Assembly: GCF_006345805.1 (NCBI RefSeq)
Contig: NC_043001.1
Span: forward strand, 19,840,001-19,904,000
Origin: Octopus sinensis
Lineage: Eukaryota
Direction: 5' to 3'
Length of the DNA: 64,000 nt
Below the pieces are notes generated by a model, which saw only the letters and a list, made by a program, of their open reading frames with translations, was not told the DNA's origin and ran no database searches. The position numbers and the translations under genes were made by a program. Below, piece by piece: positions 27,390 to 40,705 of the stretch (the stretch's first letter is position 1; each line of letters starts with the position of its first letter).

Positions 27390-27800
27390 AGGCGTAGGAG
27401 TGGCTATGTGGTAAGTAGCTTGCTTACCATCCACATGGTTCCGGGTTCAGTCCCACTGCATGGCACCTTGGGCAAGTGTCTTCTACTATAGCCTCGAGCC
27501 GACCAAAGCCTTGTGAGTGGATTTGGTAGACGGAAACTAGAAGAAGCCCGTCGTATATATGTATATATGTATATATATATATATGTGTGTATATGATTGT
27601 GTGTCTGTGGTTGTCACCCCCACCCCCCAACATCGCTTAACAACCGATACTCTTGTGTTTACGTCCCCGTTTCGGCAAAAGAGACCGATAGAATAAGTAC
27701 TAGGCTTACAAAGATTAAGTCCTGGGTTCGATTTGCTCCACTAAAGGCGGTGCTCCAGCATGGCCATAGTCAAATGACTGAAACAAGTAACAGAGTAATA
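27390..27800 (+). mobile_element. SINE family A, full length
   Basis: Matches consensus. Confidence 0.9.
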
Positions 27801-28959
27801 GAGATACACTTATATCTAAATAGGGAGCTTGTATGAATCTGTAAAACACTCCTCCACTGGCCACATATGAGTTTCATATTTATTGAACATTTTTTTTGAG
27901 GGTCTTGTGCTTGATGTAAACTTTCAAAGATCTTACATCAGATGAATACTTTTATAGGTCTTGTTCTTTGTGGCAGCTTTTATAAGCCTAATATTTGATG
28001 GGAATTTTTTAGGTCTTAATGTTGATGAAAATATTATGCATTATATGTGTTGAAGATTTTTGTAAGCTTTTTATAATTAAAAATATATATATATAATTAA
28101 GGGATTGTATGCAGATAATTATATGAATTTTTCAACCATTTTACTAGAGTCAAATTTATTTCTCTTGCTTAAAGATTAAAATATTTTGTTACTGATCCCT
28201 GCTAAGATAAAGTTAAATAAATAATGATTATATTATCTAAAGAAATGCAACCAAGAGAATGCATACAGGCTTCATCCGAATGATTAAATTTTATTTATAT
28301 TGTAAATACCATTATAGTAATAAAACATGTAAACCACTGTAATATCGATTTTTTTTTGATTTTAGAGGAGAGATATATAGTTGTTTGATACATATCAATA
28401 TATCTGAGGTAATTATTTTAACAACCTTTGAAAAAAGATCAGCAAAGGAATGTCTTCATAGTCACACAATCTGCTAGAAATAGTAGCCAAATCTCCATCA
28501 AATTTGAACTTCTTTAAAAAATATATATCTTATATATATATATATAAGAATTTTTTGCATAATGAGATAAAAAACCAAGACTGTGTAGATATTAGAATAT
28601 TTATAGATATAAGGTCTTACAGCTGTTTCTAGGATATTTATTAATTAAATCCCTTTATTGGAGACGGTGTGAGATGATGGTTAAGTCATAGTTAGTTTAG
28701 AAGTGATACAAAATAGAGAGTGAGGTGGAGGAAAGAAAATAGATGCAATATGTGTATGGGTATTGAAGTTGTAGATCCATTTTTTAGGCAGAATGGTATA
28801 TTGGAATCTTACATATATACCATTCTTGAGATACCAAATAGTCTTTCCTTCCTTCATGTCAAGTTTGAAGAAAATATCTCTTTTGCATCTTACTTTTTTG
28901 GTCTCTTAAATATACTACATTTTGTGGCATTATTTCAAGTCAGCTGGCTTTTTTTTTGT

Positions 28960-29214
28960 GCAAACTGCACGTGCATTTTTTCGCATATGCGTACTATCGA
29001 TCGCAACAGCTGATCTGCTTGCGCGTAAAAATGCACGTTCCCACGGCTTTATCGATCACATTCTCACCTGGAATCGATTTTTGTAATTTTCTCAAGACTT
29101 ATACACGCCCTGATACCGTCAGTATCTATATATCAAATTTGAGCACAATCGGATGGAGGATACTCGAGATCCTAGAAGACACACAGACAGACAGAATGGA
29201 TTTTATATAATAGA
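28960..29214 (-). mobile_element. Helitron-like 5' end
   Basis: Minus strand A|TCTATTATATAAAA...(GTCT)n...CCGATTGTGCTCAAATTTG. Confidence 0.6.
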
Positions 29215-29756
29215 TGTATGTACATATATATATATATGTATGTATGTATGTATGTATATATATAAAGATTAAAGGTCTGGAACATTTGTGAGGTAAAAAT
29301 CTTGACCAGTAAACAATAGGGACCCCTAAGCTGATTGAGTTGGATGACAGCCAATCAGCAAGCCTGATTATAACTCTCATTTATTTATTTATTTATTTAT
29401 ACATACAGACAAGTGGAGGCTGGTTTCTCCCTCCAGTTTGTCAGCTGCTGAACACTCCAACTCATACCAGCTTGGGAAATGGATGTTAAATGATGATGAT
29501 GATTTATTTATTTATTAATACATTTATTTATACATTATGATAAATGAGGATTTCCTGTATATTCATTCTATTTGTCAGAAAAAGCAACCAAATTTCTCTC
29601 AGATTGCACTCTATCATCTTAAAGAATCAAAGGACACATTGGAAACCGTAGTCCTATATACCCCTGAGTCAAATGGATAGTTACAGCAGGAATGCATATA
29701 TCAATTAGGGTTGTCCTGGAGCTAAACAACAACAATAAATGTAAATCCTAAAGATA

Positions 29757-30323
29757 TTGGGTTGTCCGGAGAGTTCGTGCCCATTTTTAAAGGAAAGAAA
29801 AGGGTCAATAAATATTTGTTATTACATTTTTAATCAACCAAATATGAGCCATTTTGTTGCACAATGCGTCTCCATCTTTCCTTTAACTTGAAAATACCCT
29901 CTTCTCAGAATTGAGGTGGTTTTTATGGCAAAAAATTCATCAAGGTATCTTTTTGCGTCATCCAAGGAATTGAAAGTTTTACCATTAAGACTATTCTGTA
30001 GAGACCTGAATAAGTGGAAATCCGAAAGAGCAATATCTGGTGAATATGGAGGGTGGGGTAACACATCCCAGCCGAGCTGCAGCAATTTTTGTCATGTTCC
30101 CAAAGCATCAAGTGCCAAAAATGAACTTTCTTATCTTCCATTTTAAAGGGTTACAGAATTAACACTGCTTATAGGAACATAAACCTTCTTCCACGAAAAG
30201 ATAGCTTAAACTGTGCTCTAAATGGAAGTGTAGTCAAATCCTATTTTATGGACTCAACCATGTTCTAAAATAAGTCGAAAAGTAAGCTACTATAAATCGG
30301 CACAAACTTTCCAGAGAACCCAA
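29757..30323 (-). mobile_element. Internally deleted mariner with both TIRs
   Basis: TA|TTGGGTTGTCCGGAGAG...TTTCCAGAGAACCCAA|TA; LPHPPYSPDIALSDFHLFRSLQN. Confidence 0.92.
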
Positions 30324-31429
30324 TACATTGAACTCTGACACTCACTCTAACCTGTAGAACTGAATACTAAATGAAGCCTTATCAAATAACTATCAATTAA
30401 AGGCAATCTCATTATTTTACCGTTAGGAATATTTCACATTTTACTTATTTATCATTATTATTATTTTCATTCCTTTTTAGAAAAGAAGAGCCCAGACAAG
30501 GTTGCAATTGTGATTTAATTTGATAATGAGCTGAGTGTTTAATTGTTTTACATACTCCTGTTAATATAATACTTATTTGTTCTTTATACAAAAATACAAA
30601 CAAAATCAGGATGAGAATCTCCACTCCTCCACATAACTACCAATATCATTACTACCACCCCAACCAATACCATTACTGCCACCACTAACCCCACTGCCAC
30701 CAACACTTCGTAAAAAACATAATTACTTCAGCATTCTGTTTGTACATTGTTAGTGTCTATATTTCTATATTCAATTTATGAAAATTAAATTTTAAAACAC
30801 AGTGTAAGAAGGGGGAAAAAAAAAACTAAAAAGAAACCAGTATCAAATAAGATCTTATATACAAATCCTTAATGTGAATTTAATATGTGATGAACATATA
30901 ATATATTTAACTCGAGGTTTATTCTTCTGGTTTAACCTCATCCTATATTTCAATGAATGGCCTGTTTTTTAAAGTTATTTATTCATTTATTTTTCTTTCT
31001 TAGCCACCAAGAATATGTTGCTTGTTCTTCAAAAATGAAAAAAAGAAAAAGAACTAACAAAGCTGTCTGTGATGATGCTATGAGTAAAATAAAAAAAGAA
31101 AGAAAAAACAACAACAAAAAAACAACAACATATAATTGTGGGTTGGAATCTTTTAAACAATCAAACGGTTTCAAAAAGTAATGCTTTATTAATATAGTGT
31201 ATTTTTAGCAGAAAACCCCCTCAAAATAGATCTGTTTTAATACTTACATGGTTATTTGAACCTTAACGTTAATTTAAACCTTTTGCGACCATATTTCTAA
31301 CAAGAATAAATTCAGCCTTACATCTTTAAGTTTCAACAAAATCAAGAATTATGAGCTTTCAGAAATGCACTTGACTGGCATGTGATTTGATCTAAGATCA
31401 AGCAATCACAGTGTAGAAGATACATATTA

Positions 31430-31735
31430 AAAATGTTGCCCTTTTCAAGCCTAGCCAGGCTCATGGGCCCGATTTCCCAGTTTCTATGGCGTATGTGTTC
31501 CCCCCAGCTGGACGGGACACCAGTCCATCACAGCATTACTCAAGAAACTGGAAGAGAGAGTGAGAGAAAGTTGTGGCAAAAGAGTACAACAGGGGTTCCC
31601 CCCCCCTGCCGGAGCCTCGTGGAGCTTTAGGTGTTTTCACTCAATAAACACACACAATGCCCCGTCTGGGAATCAAAACCACGATCCTCCAACCGCGAGT
31701 CCGCTGCCTTAACCACTGCGCCATTGTGTCCCCAC
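31430..31735 (-). mobile_element. SINE, head D plus tail Z, 16-bp TSD
   Basis: TSD TAGAAGATACATATTA at 31414 and 31736. Confidence 0.88.
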
Positions 31736-31790
31736 TAGAAGATACATATTAGCCATTCAAAAATATACAAAGACAGTTAACTTCACTTAA

Positions 31791-32011
31791 CCTTTTAGCA
31801 TTTAAACCAGCCATATCTGGCCCCAAATATTAAACCAGTTTTATGTTCAATCCAGCCAGGTCTGGCCTCTCACACCTACCCTACAATGTCATTCTAAAAA
31901 TGAACAATCAGATCATTGAAATCTCAAAGCTAAGAAACAGTGCATGATTAATTCAGAACAATGTGAATAAATAAGTATTACATTTGACAGAGTAATCTGA
32001 ATGGTAAAGAC
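31791..32011. mobile_element. piggyBac-type MITE, second family, diverged
   Basis: TTAA|CCTTTTAGCATT...AATGGTAAAGAC|TTAA. Confidence 0.6.
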
Positions 32012-33483
32012 TTAAACATTTAATGATTTCACACCAATAACCAGATTGCTGTTAGTACAATGAAAATTTTCACACAAAATAATAAATGAAAATTTTCACA
32101 CAAAATAACAAATGTTTAAATGAAGTTAATGATTTTCATGTTTTTTAAATGGTTGATACACATGTATCTTCTAGAATTACGAGACTTTTAATGAAATAAA
32201 GCTTAACAAAAGAAAAATTTTTATATATCAAAACTTTATATTATATTATCTGTCATGTGGTAATGACATTTCAGTCTAAAATTTGAATTTAAATTTCAAC
32301 ATTTTAATACAAGTAAAAATCAGGGAGGAGTATTGAAAAGAAGTGGAGGAACCCTTCTCTTTTAAGTTTGTAACTTCATAAAAATCTAAGTTTCACCCCA
32401 TTACATAAAATGCTAAATACACACATCTGGTTGATTGCTGGTGATTCATATCCTCTCACTACCATAGTAGTGTGTTACAGGCAAAGATACTTAACTGTCA
32501 ATGGCTTAGTGCACTTAAATGTAAGCAAGTACCAAGGGTAGGCATAGTCAGTTGTCTGCTAACAATTTCTTAACACAAATTGAAATATTTCACTTTATTT
32601 TCTAATTTATTCTAATGCTAAGTGTTGTGTTAGTGAGTCGATGAATGTCAGCTTTGCAATTGTTGATGAGACATTCCGTTAAAGTACAATTCTATTTGAG
32701 AACCAACAAAATACTTATGGTTATAAGGAGATAATTACTTAATTTGATATGGAGTTTCTTTTTCAAGGCAAACAGAGTGTTAAGGTATTTTACCAATAAT
32801 GTAATGCATAAAAATGCTAATAACAATATCCTAAATATCAGATTGCCAAACATAAGAATAATTAGGGTGTGCACCACCAGCCATGCTTCTGAAGTATTAC
32901 ATGCCTGACATTCTAACCTTCTGCTCAGTAGACATGTGACACCTTAGACCAGTGACACCCGGGCTATTTGCAAAATATGTACATGATATTCTAGACTAAT
33001 GATATCAAAATTACCAGAGGCAGCTCTACAAACACTTCATGAAGGACTGTGGAAATGCAGGCTCTTGAAAAGCAGACAATTACATCAGATATATATATAC
33101 CAAAAAGGGGGCCCTGATGTGGCTGCTTATTTCCTAAAAATGATAGCTAAACTTACTCAAATCATACCCTTAAAAATGAAAGAACACACTATCTAATATA
33201 GTCTTAAAGGCTTCAGTTGAGATACTCATGGTTGTAACATATGTGACCATAGATCTTCTAGATCAGGGCTGGCCTAGAAATATACTACAAGAGCATTTAC
33301 AACTAAAAATGTGGGTATTCTGTATAATAATTATGACAGAAGTTGAGTAAAATCTAGAATCTGAGGAAACTGGTAATGGTCTTATTCACCAACAATTACT
33401 TGGTAGGAGTTGTCAGTTATTAAATAATTCAGCCTCTTCTTGTTTCCATTAGTTCATATATATACAATTACAGATATATCAAA

Positions 33484-35275
33484 TTATTGGATCAGGTGAT
33501 GAAAGTTACAGAGAGAGATGAGATGCAGTCTGGTTTTGTGCCAGGGAGAAGCACCACTGATGTTATATTTCTGGTAAGGCAGCTGCAGGAGAAATACATA
33601 GCCAAAGACAAACCTCTGTACTTGGCCTTTGTTGACTTGGAGAAAGCCTTTGACAGTATCCCCCAATCCCTTATCTGGTGGTCAATGCAGAAACTAGGGA
33701 TAGATGAGTGGTTGGTGAGAGCTGTACAAGCCATGTACAGGGATGCTACCAATAAGATGAGGGTTGGCAATGGTTACAGCGAAGAATTCAGGGTACATTT
33801 AGGGGTTCACCAAGGATCGATACTCAGCTCCCTCTTGTTCATCAAAGTTCTCCAGGCAATAACAGAGGAGCTCCTCTATGCTGATGATCTTGCTCTTATT
33901 GCTGAATCACTACCAGAATTAGAGAAGTATTAAGTATGGAAGCAAGATCTAGAATCAAAGGGCCTTAGAGTTAAGTGAGCAAAAACCAAAGTCTTAGTAA
34001 GTAGGAAGACAGACAAATCACAAATCCCTTCTGGTAGATGGCCCTGCTCAATTTGTAGAAAAGGTGTAGGTAGAAACTCCATAAGATATAGCCAGTGTAA
34101 GCTTTGAAAACATAAGAGGTGCAGCAATATCAGAGGAAAGTTAGCAGGGAAAATAGCTTTTGTGTGTGGCAGATGCACAAATACAATAAATACCAAAAAT
34201 GTACAGAAAGTAGACCCCATCAACTGCCAGATGGGTAAGCTAGAGGTAGTAGATAGCTTCAGTTATCTAGGTGACCAAGTTAGTAGCGGAGGTGGATACT
34301 CTGAGAGTGTAGCTGTGGGAATAAGATTAAACTGGGCAAAGTTTGGAGAGCTCCTACCTCTGCTGGCAACAAAGTGCCTCTCTCTCAGAGTGAAAGGCAG
34401 ACTGTATGATGCCTGTGTGTGAACAGCTATGATACATGGCAGTGAGACATGGGTTGTGACAGTCTAGGGCATGCGTAGGCTTGAAAGAAATGAAGCCAGT
34501 ATACTTCACTGGATGTGCAATGTCAGCATGCATGTTCGACAGAGTGTAAGCATCTTGAGAGAAAGGTTAGGTACAAAAGGCATGAGATGTGGTGTGCAAG
34601 AGAGGCAACTGCACTGGTTTGGTCATGTGATGCATATGGATGAGGACAACTGTGTAAAGAAGTGCTGATCTCTAACTGTGGAGGTAGACCCAGGAAGACA
34701 TGGGATGAAGTGGTGAAGCATGATCTTCGAACTTTGAGCATCACAGGGATAATGACTAGTGACCAAGACATTTGGCAATATGCTGTGCTTGAGAAGACCT
34801 GTCAAGCCAAGTGAAATCCTGGTCGTGGATGCTGCTGCTGGTTTCACGTAACTGGCATCCATGCCACTAGCATGTCAAGAGTACCTTTCAAGCGTTGAGC
34901 CTCATGGAGGTAAAGTGGTTGAGTTCCTTTCGACTGTTGGGTGTCATGGAGGCAAAGTGGCTGAGTTCCTTTTGAGCATTGGGTCTCGGGCATTATGTTG
35001 TGCTTGAGCAGAAGACCCATCATGCCAAGCAAAATTGCAGTCATGGCAGATACTGGTGTCACATAAATGGCACCCATGCTGGTGGCATGTAAAAGCACCC
35101 ATTACACTTTCAGAGTGGTTGGCATTAGGAAGGGCATCCAGCCGTAGAAGACCATGCCAAATCAGACTGGAGTCTGGTACAGCCTTCCAGCTTGCCAACC
35201 CCGGCCAAATCATCCAACCTATTCTAGCATGGACAATGGACGTTAAATGATGATGATGATGATGATGATGATGAT
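33484..35275 (+). pseudogene. 5'-truncated RTE LINE: RT, PHD-like finger, C-terminus, 3' UTR, (ATG)n tail
   Basis: QSGFVPGRSTTD, AFVDLEKAFD, GVHQGSILS, LLYADD, FSYLGD; in-frame stops. Confidence 0.93.
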
Positions 35276-35277
35276 AT

Positions 35278-35455
35278 ATATACTTTATTTAAAAGCAGCA
35301 GAAATTCAACAAAAGCTGTTACTCAGAGTGTGAAACTCCGAGTAACAGCTTTTGTTGAATTTCTGCTGCTTTTAAATAAAGCATATTACTCTACCCCTGG
35401 TATTTGAGTACTCTTTTTTCCACCTTGTTTTACATTTATGTGTTTACTCCGGTAT
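35278..35455 (+). mobile_element. Fold-back element in (TA)n with hammerhead 3' half at its apex
   Basis: Arms of ~40 bp; GAAACTCCGAGTAACAG at 35332-35348. Confidence 0.75.
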
Positions 35456-35457
35456 AA

Positions 35458-35502
<45 letters not shown>

Positions 35503-36162
35503 TACATATATACATACACACTTAGCACTAATAAAACAACTTAAGTAATAAGAATCTATAAACGCATGCACACACACACTCTCATGCTTAAACGATGATG
35601 TCCATACTTGTACTCAGTAACATTATGCCGACACACATTCACACATATGTGCACATAAATTAACTTAGGCAGTAAATATATATATATAAACATGCAAGCA
35701 CACATATAAACACACGAACATACACTCACATAAAACCAAAGTGGACCATGGACAAAGTAACTTTTATTTCATTTTTATTTTTTCATTACTAAGATAATAT
35801 TTCATTATTTATAATTAATTTTTATTTTTATCCTTTATCTTTATTCTTATATACTTTAATTCATTATTATTATTGTATTTAAATAAAAAATTTAATACAC
35901 ACACACACAAAACACTCTTTCATCTGCTTAGTCTGTTGGAGTATTTCAACTGATCAAAATGTAAATTCTGTAATGTCCATTTTTCCCTGAAGACCTTCCA
36001 CCCAGGGTACTCAAAATGCAAACTTATATTATATGTTTTGTAATTTAAATTGGGGGTGAAGTGAAACAATTGTAGGCAATGTTAAATAATTAATAGATTA
36101 ATTTATACCCATTGAATCTCTCCATTTTCAAACATATATGTGTATATATAATTTATATTAGA

Positions 36163-36545
36163 CAGGAGTGGCTGTGTGTTAAGTAGCTTGCTTACCAACC
36201 ACATGGTTCTGGGTTCAGTCCCACTGCATGGCACCTTGGGCAAGTGTCTTCTACTATAGCCTCAGGCTGACCAAAGCCTTGTGAGTGGATTGGTAGACGG
36301 AAACTGAAAGAAGCCTTTCGTATATATATATATGTTTGTGTGTCTGTGTGTCTGTGTTTGTCTGCCCAACATCATTTGACAACCGATCCTGGTGTGTTTA
36401 TGTCCCAATCACTTAGCGGTTCAGCAAGAGAGACCGATAGAATAAAGTACTAGGCTTACAAAGAATAAGTCCTGGGGTCGATTTGCTCGACTAAAGGCAG
36501 TGCTCCAGCATGGCCACAGTCAAATGACTGAAACAAATAAAAGAA
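36163..36545 (+). mobile_element. SINE family A
   Basis: Matches consensus. Confidence 0.9.
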
Positions 36546-36849
36546 TATAAATATATGAGCTATAATGCATGCTTATACTCATGTGTTTATAATGTGTGCA
36601 TTAAATGATATCAATCTCTTACTGAAGAGAGTAACACACACATGTATGGATGTGTATGTGTGTGTTACTGTTTCCTTGCCTTGACATATGTGATAAATGT
36701 AAATGAGAATCACCAACAAATTCCATCTGACTCATGCAAGCACGGAAAAGTGGATATTAAAAATGATGATAATGATGATGGTGATGATAACTGTGACAAC
36801 TTTCACAATTCACAATATATTATATATTATATATATATATATATATATA

Positions 36850-37368
36850 TGTCTTCCACGATAATCCAGCGTTTGCAATACTTTTTTCGTCTGGCGTTAA
36901 CAGCCCTTCTTATCTTGTTCTCCTTGTCCTGTCTCTCACTGTTATATATTTATTTTTCCACTGTTTATATATATATTTTTTACTGTTTATATGTTTGTAC
37001 TGTCGTTACCGTCTTGCTTTTTTTACCCCTCTGCGAAAAGATCTCAGAATTTTAATTGATTTGCTTTTCGCGGGAAGGAATTTTTCTTCGAAGTATACGT
37101 CTCGCTTTTATCCTTCGAAACGTTTAGTAGATGAAATCTTAGCGACTGAAGAAGGGGATTTTTCGTTGTGCTTATTGTCCTGTATCTCTCCCTTTTTTTT
37201 TTTTTTTTTTGCTTGTCTTGTTCCTTGGTTTATGTCTATGTGTTTCGTCTCTCTATGTGTTCGACGTCTTTTTGGTGTCCTGTACACATATATGCGTGTA
37301 TATGTACATGTAGAGGTAGGTACGTACATATATGTTTATATATATGCATATATTCTATTTTATTAACA
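36850..37368 (+). mobile_element. CpG-containing ~520-bp element bounded by (TA)n, Penelope-terminus-like
   Basis: (TA)n on both flanks, T-rich strand asymmetry, CTGAAGA and GAAACG motifs. Confidence 0.45.
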
Positions 37369-37387
37369 TATATATATATATATATAT

Positions 37388-37560
37388 TGGTAAAAACGGT
37401 AAGATAACAAAAGAAAGAAAGAGACCTCAATATTATGTAAATAGAGGAAATTTATCTGTAAAATAATATGTGACAATTATTCAATAGCCAAGATAAAACT
37501 CTGAGTTTCGGATGCTGAGGTGGAAATCCACAAAACCATCTCTTCGGTTATCTGGCCATC
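37388..37560 (-). mobile_element. ~175-bp (TA)n-associated hammerhead-bearing element
   Basis: Reverse complement of 42664-42838; partial copy at 14945-15040. Confidence 0.75.
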
Positions 37561-38124
37561 TCTTGCCTTGACATCGTGTGATAAATGTAAATGAGAATCA
37601 CTGTTATGCATGTGATATCCTTCATTTCCAATCTTTCATGAAAACATATCTGCTTAGGGAGGAATATATATAATATATATATAATTTAGAGACAAACCGC
37701 TATTTAGTTATTCCATCAATAGTGAAAAGTTTTGTGTGGGACGCTGAGACAAAGAGATACACAAACACACACACAGTCAAATATACATACACTTGCATAC
37801 TTGCATGCATACATACATACACACACACACATAAATATACACATACACATATACAGACAGACATCCATACATAGACACAGACACACACACACACACACAA
37901 ACAGACATACATACATACATGTGGAGCAGGTGTGAGAATGCGGTTAAGAAGTCTGCTTCTCAACCACATGTTCAAACATTAATTAACATACTTAAATGGT
38001 GAATCACAGATCTCTTTGTTTTTCATTGATTAAGGTTAAACGATAACTACATCCACCACAACAAAAACACAGCAAAAAAAAATCATCACACAAATGCATA
38101 AGATATTCAACAAAATATGTACCT

Positions 38125-38259
38125 TGCTAACCAACCACATGGTTCCGGGTTCAGTCCCACTGCGTGGCATCTTGGGCAAGTGTCTTCTGCTATAGCCCCG
38201 GGCCGACCAATGCCTTGTGAGTGGATTTGGTAGACGGAAAGTGAAAGAAGCCTGTTGTA

Positions 38260-38302
<43 letters not shown>

Positions 38303-39784
38303 ATGTGTTTGTGTGTCTGTGTTTGTCTCCCTAGCATTGTTTGACAACCGATGCTGGTGTGTTTATGTCCCCATCACTTAGCGGTTCGGCAAAAGAGACC
38401 GATAGAATAAGTACTGGGCTTACAAAGAATAAGTCCCGGGGTCGATTTGCTCGACTAAAGGCGGTGCTCCAGCATGGCCACAGTCAAATGACTGAAACAA
38501 GTAAAAGAGGTAAAAGAGAAAGAGAAAGAGATGGAACCTATGACGTGTCATTTTAATACATAGGCACATTAGGGGTTCAATACTAACCTCTGTATCCTGT
38601 GGAGGCACGTGGCTCAGTGGTTAAGGTGTTGGACTCATGATTATAAGATTGAGGTTTCAAATCCCAGACTGAGTGATACATTGTGTTCTTAAGCAAAACA
38701 CTTCATTTCACATAGCTCCAGTCCACTCAGCTGGCAAAAATAAGGGCCAGGGAACCCGCCCTTATGAGTCAGTATGACTCATGATGATAACTTTACTTTT
38801 TTTTTATGTATACTGTGCTGTGTATGTAGTGGTTCCAGTGCATTGCTTTGCCCAGGGGCTTATAATATTGTTAGGATGGCCCTACTACATATGACAGAAA
38901 ATAACAAACTTGGCCAAGTGTCTTCTACTATAGCCTCGGGCCGACCAATGCTTGTGAGTGGATTTGGTCGACGGAAACTGAAAGAAGCCCGGCGTATATA
39001 TGTACATATATATGTATGTATGTGTATGTGTATATGTTTGTGTGTCTGTGTTTGTCCCCCCAACATCGCTTGACAACCAATGGCGGTGTGTTTACGTCCC
39101 TGTAACTTAGCGGTTCGGCAAAAGAGACCGATAGAATAAGTACTAGGCTTACAAAGAATAAATCCTGGGGTCGATTTGCTTGACTAAAAGCAGTGCTCCA
39201 GCATGGCCACAGTCAAATAACTGAAACAAGTAAAAGAATAAAGAGGAAGAGTATACATGTGTGTGTGTGTGTTTGTGTGTGCGTGTGCATGCACGTGCGC
39301 ACCTGTGTGTGGCTTTGTGTCAGTGCTTGTCTCCCACCCCCATGTGAAAACTGGTGTTGGTTGTCTTTAGATTCCTATAACTTAGCATTTCAACAAAAAG
39401 AGACTGATAGAATAAGTACCAAAACAGTGCCCCAGCATGGCCGCAGTCTAATGACTGACACAATTAAAAAAAATAAAAGATACATATATGTAAATATGCG
39501 TATTTTATTCTTTTATTCTTTTATCTGTTTTGGTCATTTGACTGCAGCCATGCTGGAGCACCGCCTTTAGTCGATCAAATCGACTCCAGGACTTATTCTT
39601 TGTAAGCCTAGTACTTAATTTAGCAGTCTCTTTTGCTGAATTGCTAAGTAATGGGGACGTAAACACACCAACATTGGTTGTTAAGCAATGGTAGGGGAAC
39701 AAGCACAGATACACACGCACACACACACACACACACATGCACACACACACACATACACACATACATACATACATACATACATAT

Positions 39785-39866
<82 letters not shown>

Positions 39867-40003
39867 GGCGGGGTTTCTTTCAGTTTCTGTCTACTAAAAT
39901 CCACTCACAAGGCTTTGGTTGGCCCAAGGCTATAGTAGAAGACACTTGCCCAAGGAACCCGGAACCATGCGATTGGTAAGCAAGTTACCACACAGCCACT
40001 CCT
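38125..40003. mobile_element. SINE cluster: family A at 38125-38520 (+), 38911-39245 (+), 39505-40003 (-); head E at 38603-38745
   Basis: Consensus matches. Confidence 0.85.
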
Positions 40004-40332
40004 GCAGCTATTATATATTAATGTATGTATATATGTGTATGCACGTTTGTGTCTCCTTGACATCATGTGATAGTTGCAAACAGTTGTCTGTCTCTATCAT
40101 ACAAGCAGTGTCATTAATTTCCAATGTTCTGTGAAGACATGTCTGGTCATATGAAAATATTACTCTGCTTAAAAAACAGATAAAGGTTGGTGACAGGAAG
40201 GGCATCCAGTCATAGAAAATCTGCCTCAATAAACCTTGTCCAAACCCACGAAAGCATGGAAGACTGGCCATTAAAATAATGATAACATTGATGACAATGA
40301 TGATGATATATACATGTATATATACAAGTGGC

Positions 40333-40705
40333 AAGCACGCCGGGTGAAATGCTTAGCGGTTTTTCGTCTGCCGTTACGTTCTGAGTTCAAATTCCGCCGA
40401 GGTCTACTTTGCCTTTCATCCTTTTGGGGTTGATTAAATAAGTACCAGTTACGCACTGGGGTCAATGTAATCGACTTAATCTGTTGTCCCCTCTGTGTTT
40501 AGTCCCTTGTGGGTAGTAAAGAAATAGGTATGTCATCTGCCGTTACAGTCTGAGTTCAAATTCCGCCGAGGTCTACTTTGATCCTTTTGTTGTCGATTAA
40601 ATAAGTACCAGTTATGCACTGGGGTCGATATAATCGACTTAATCCGTTTGTCTGACCTTGTTTGTCCTCTCTGTGTTTAGCACCTTGTGGGTAGTAAAGA
40701 AATAA
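40333..40705 (+). mobile_element. SINE family C, tandemly duplicated
   Basis: TCTGAGTTCAAATTCCGCCGAGGTCTACTTTG occurs twice. Confidence 0.85.
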
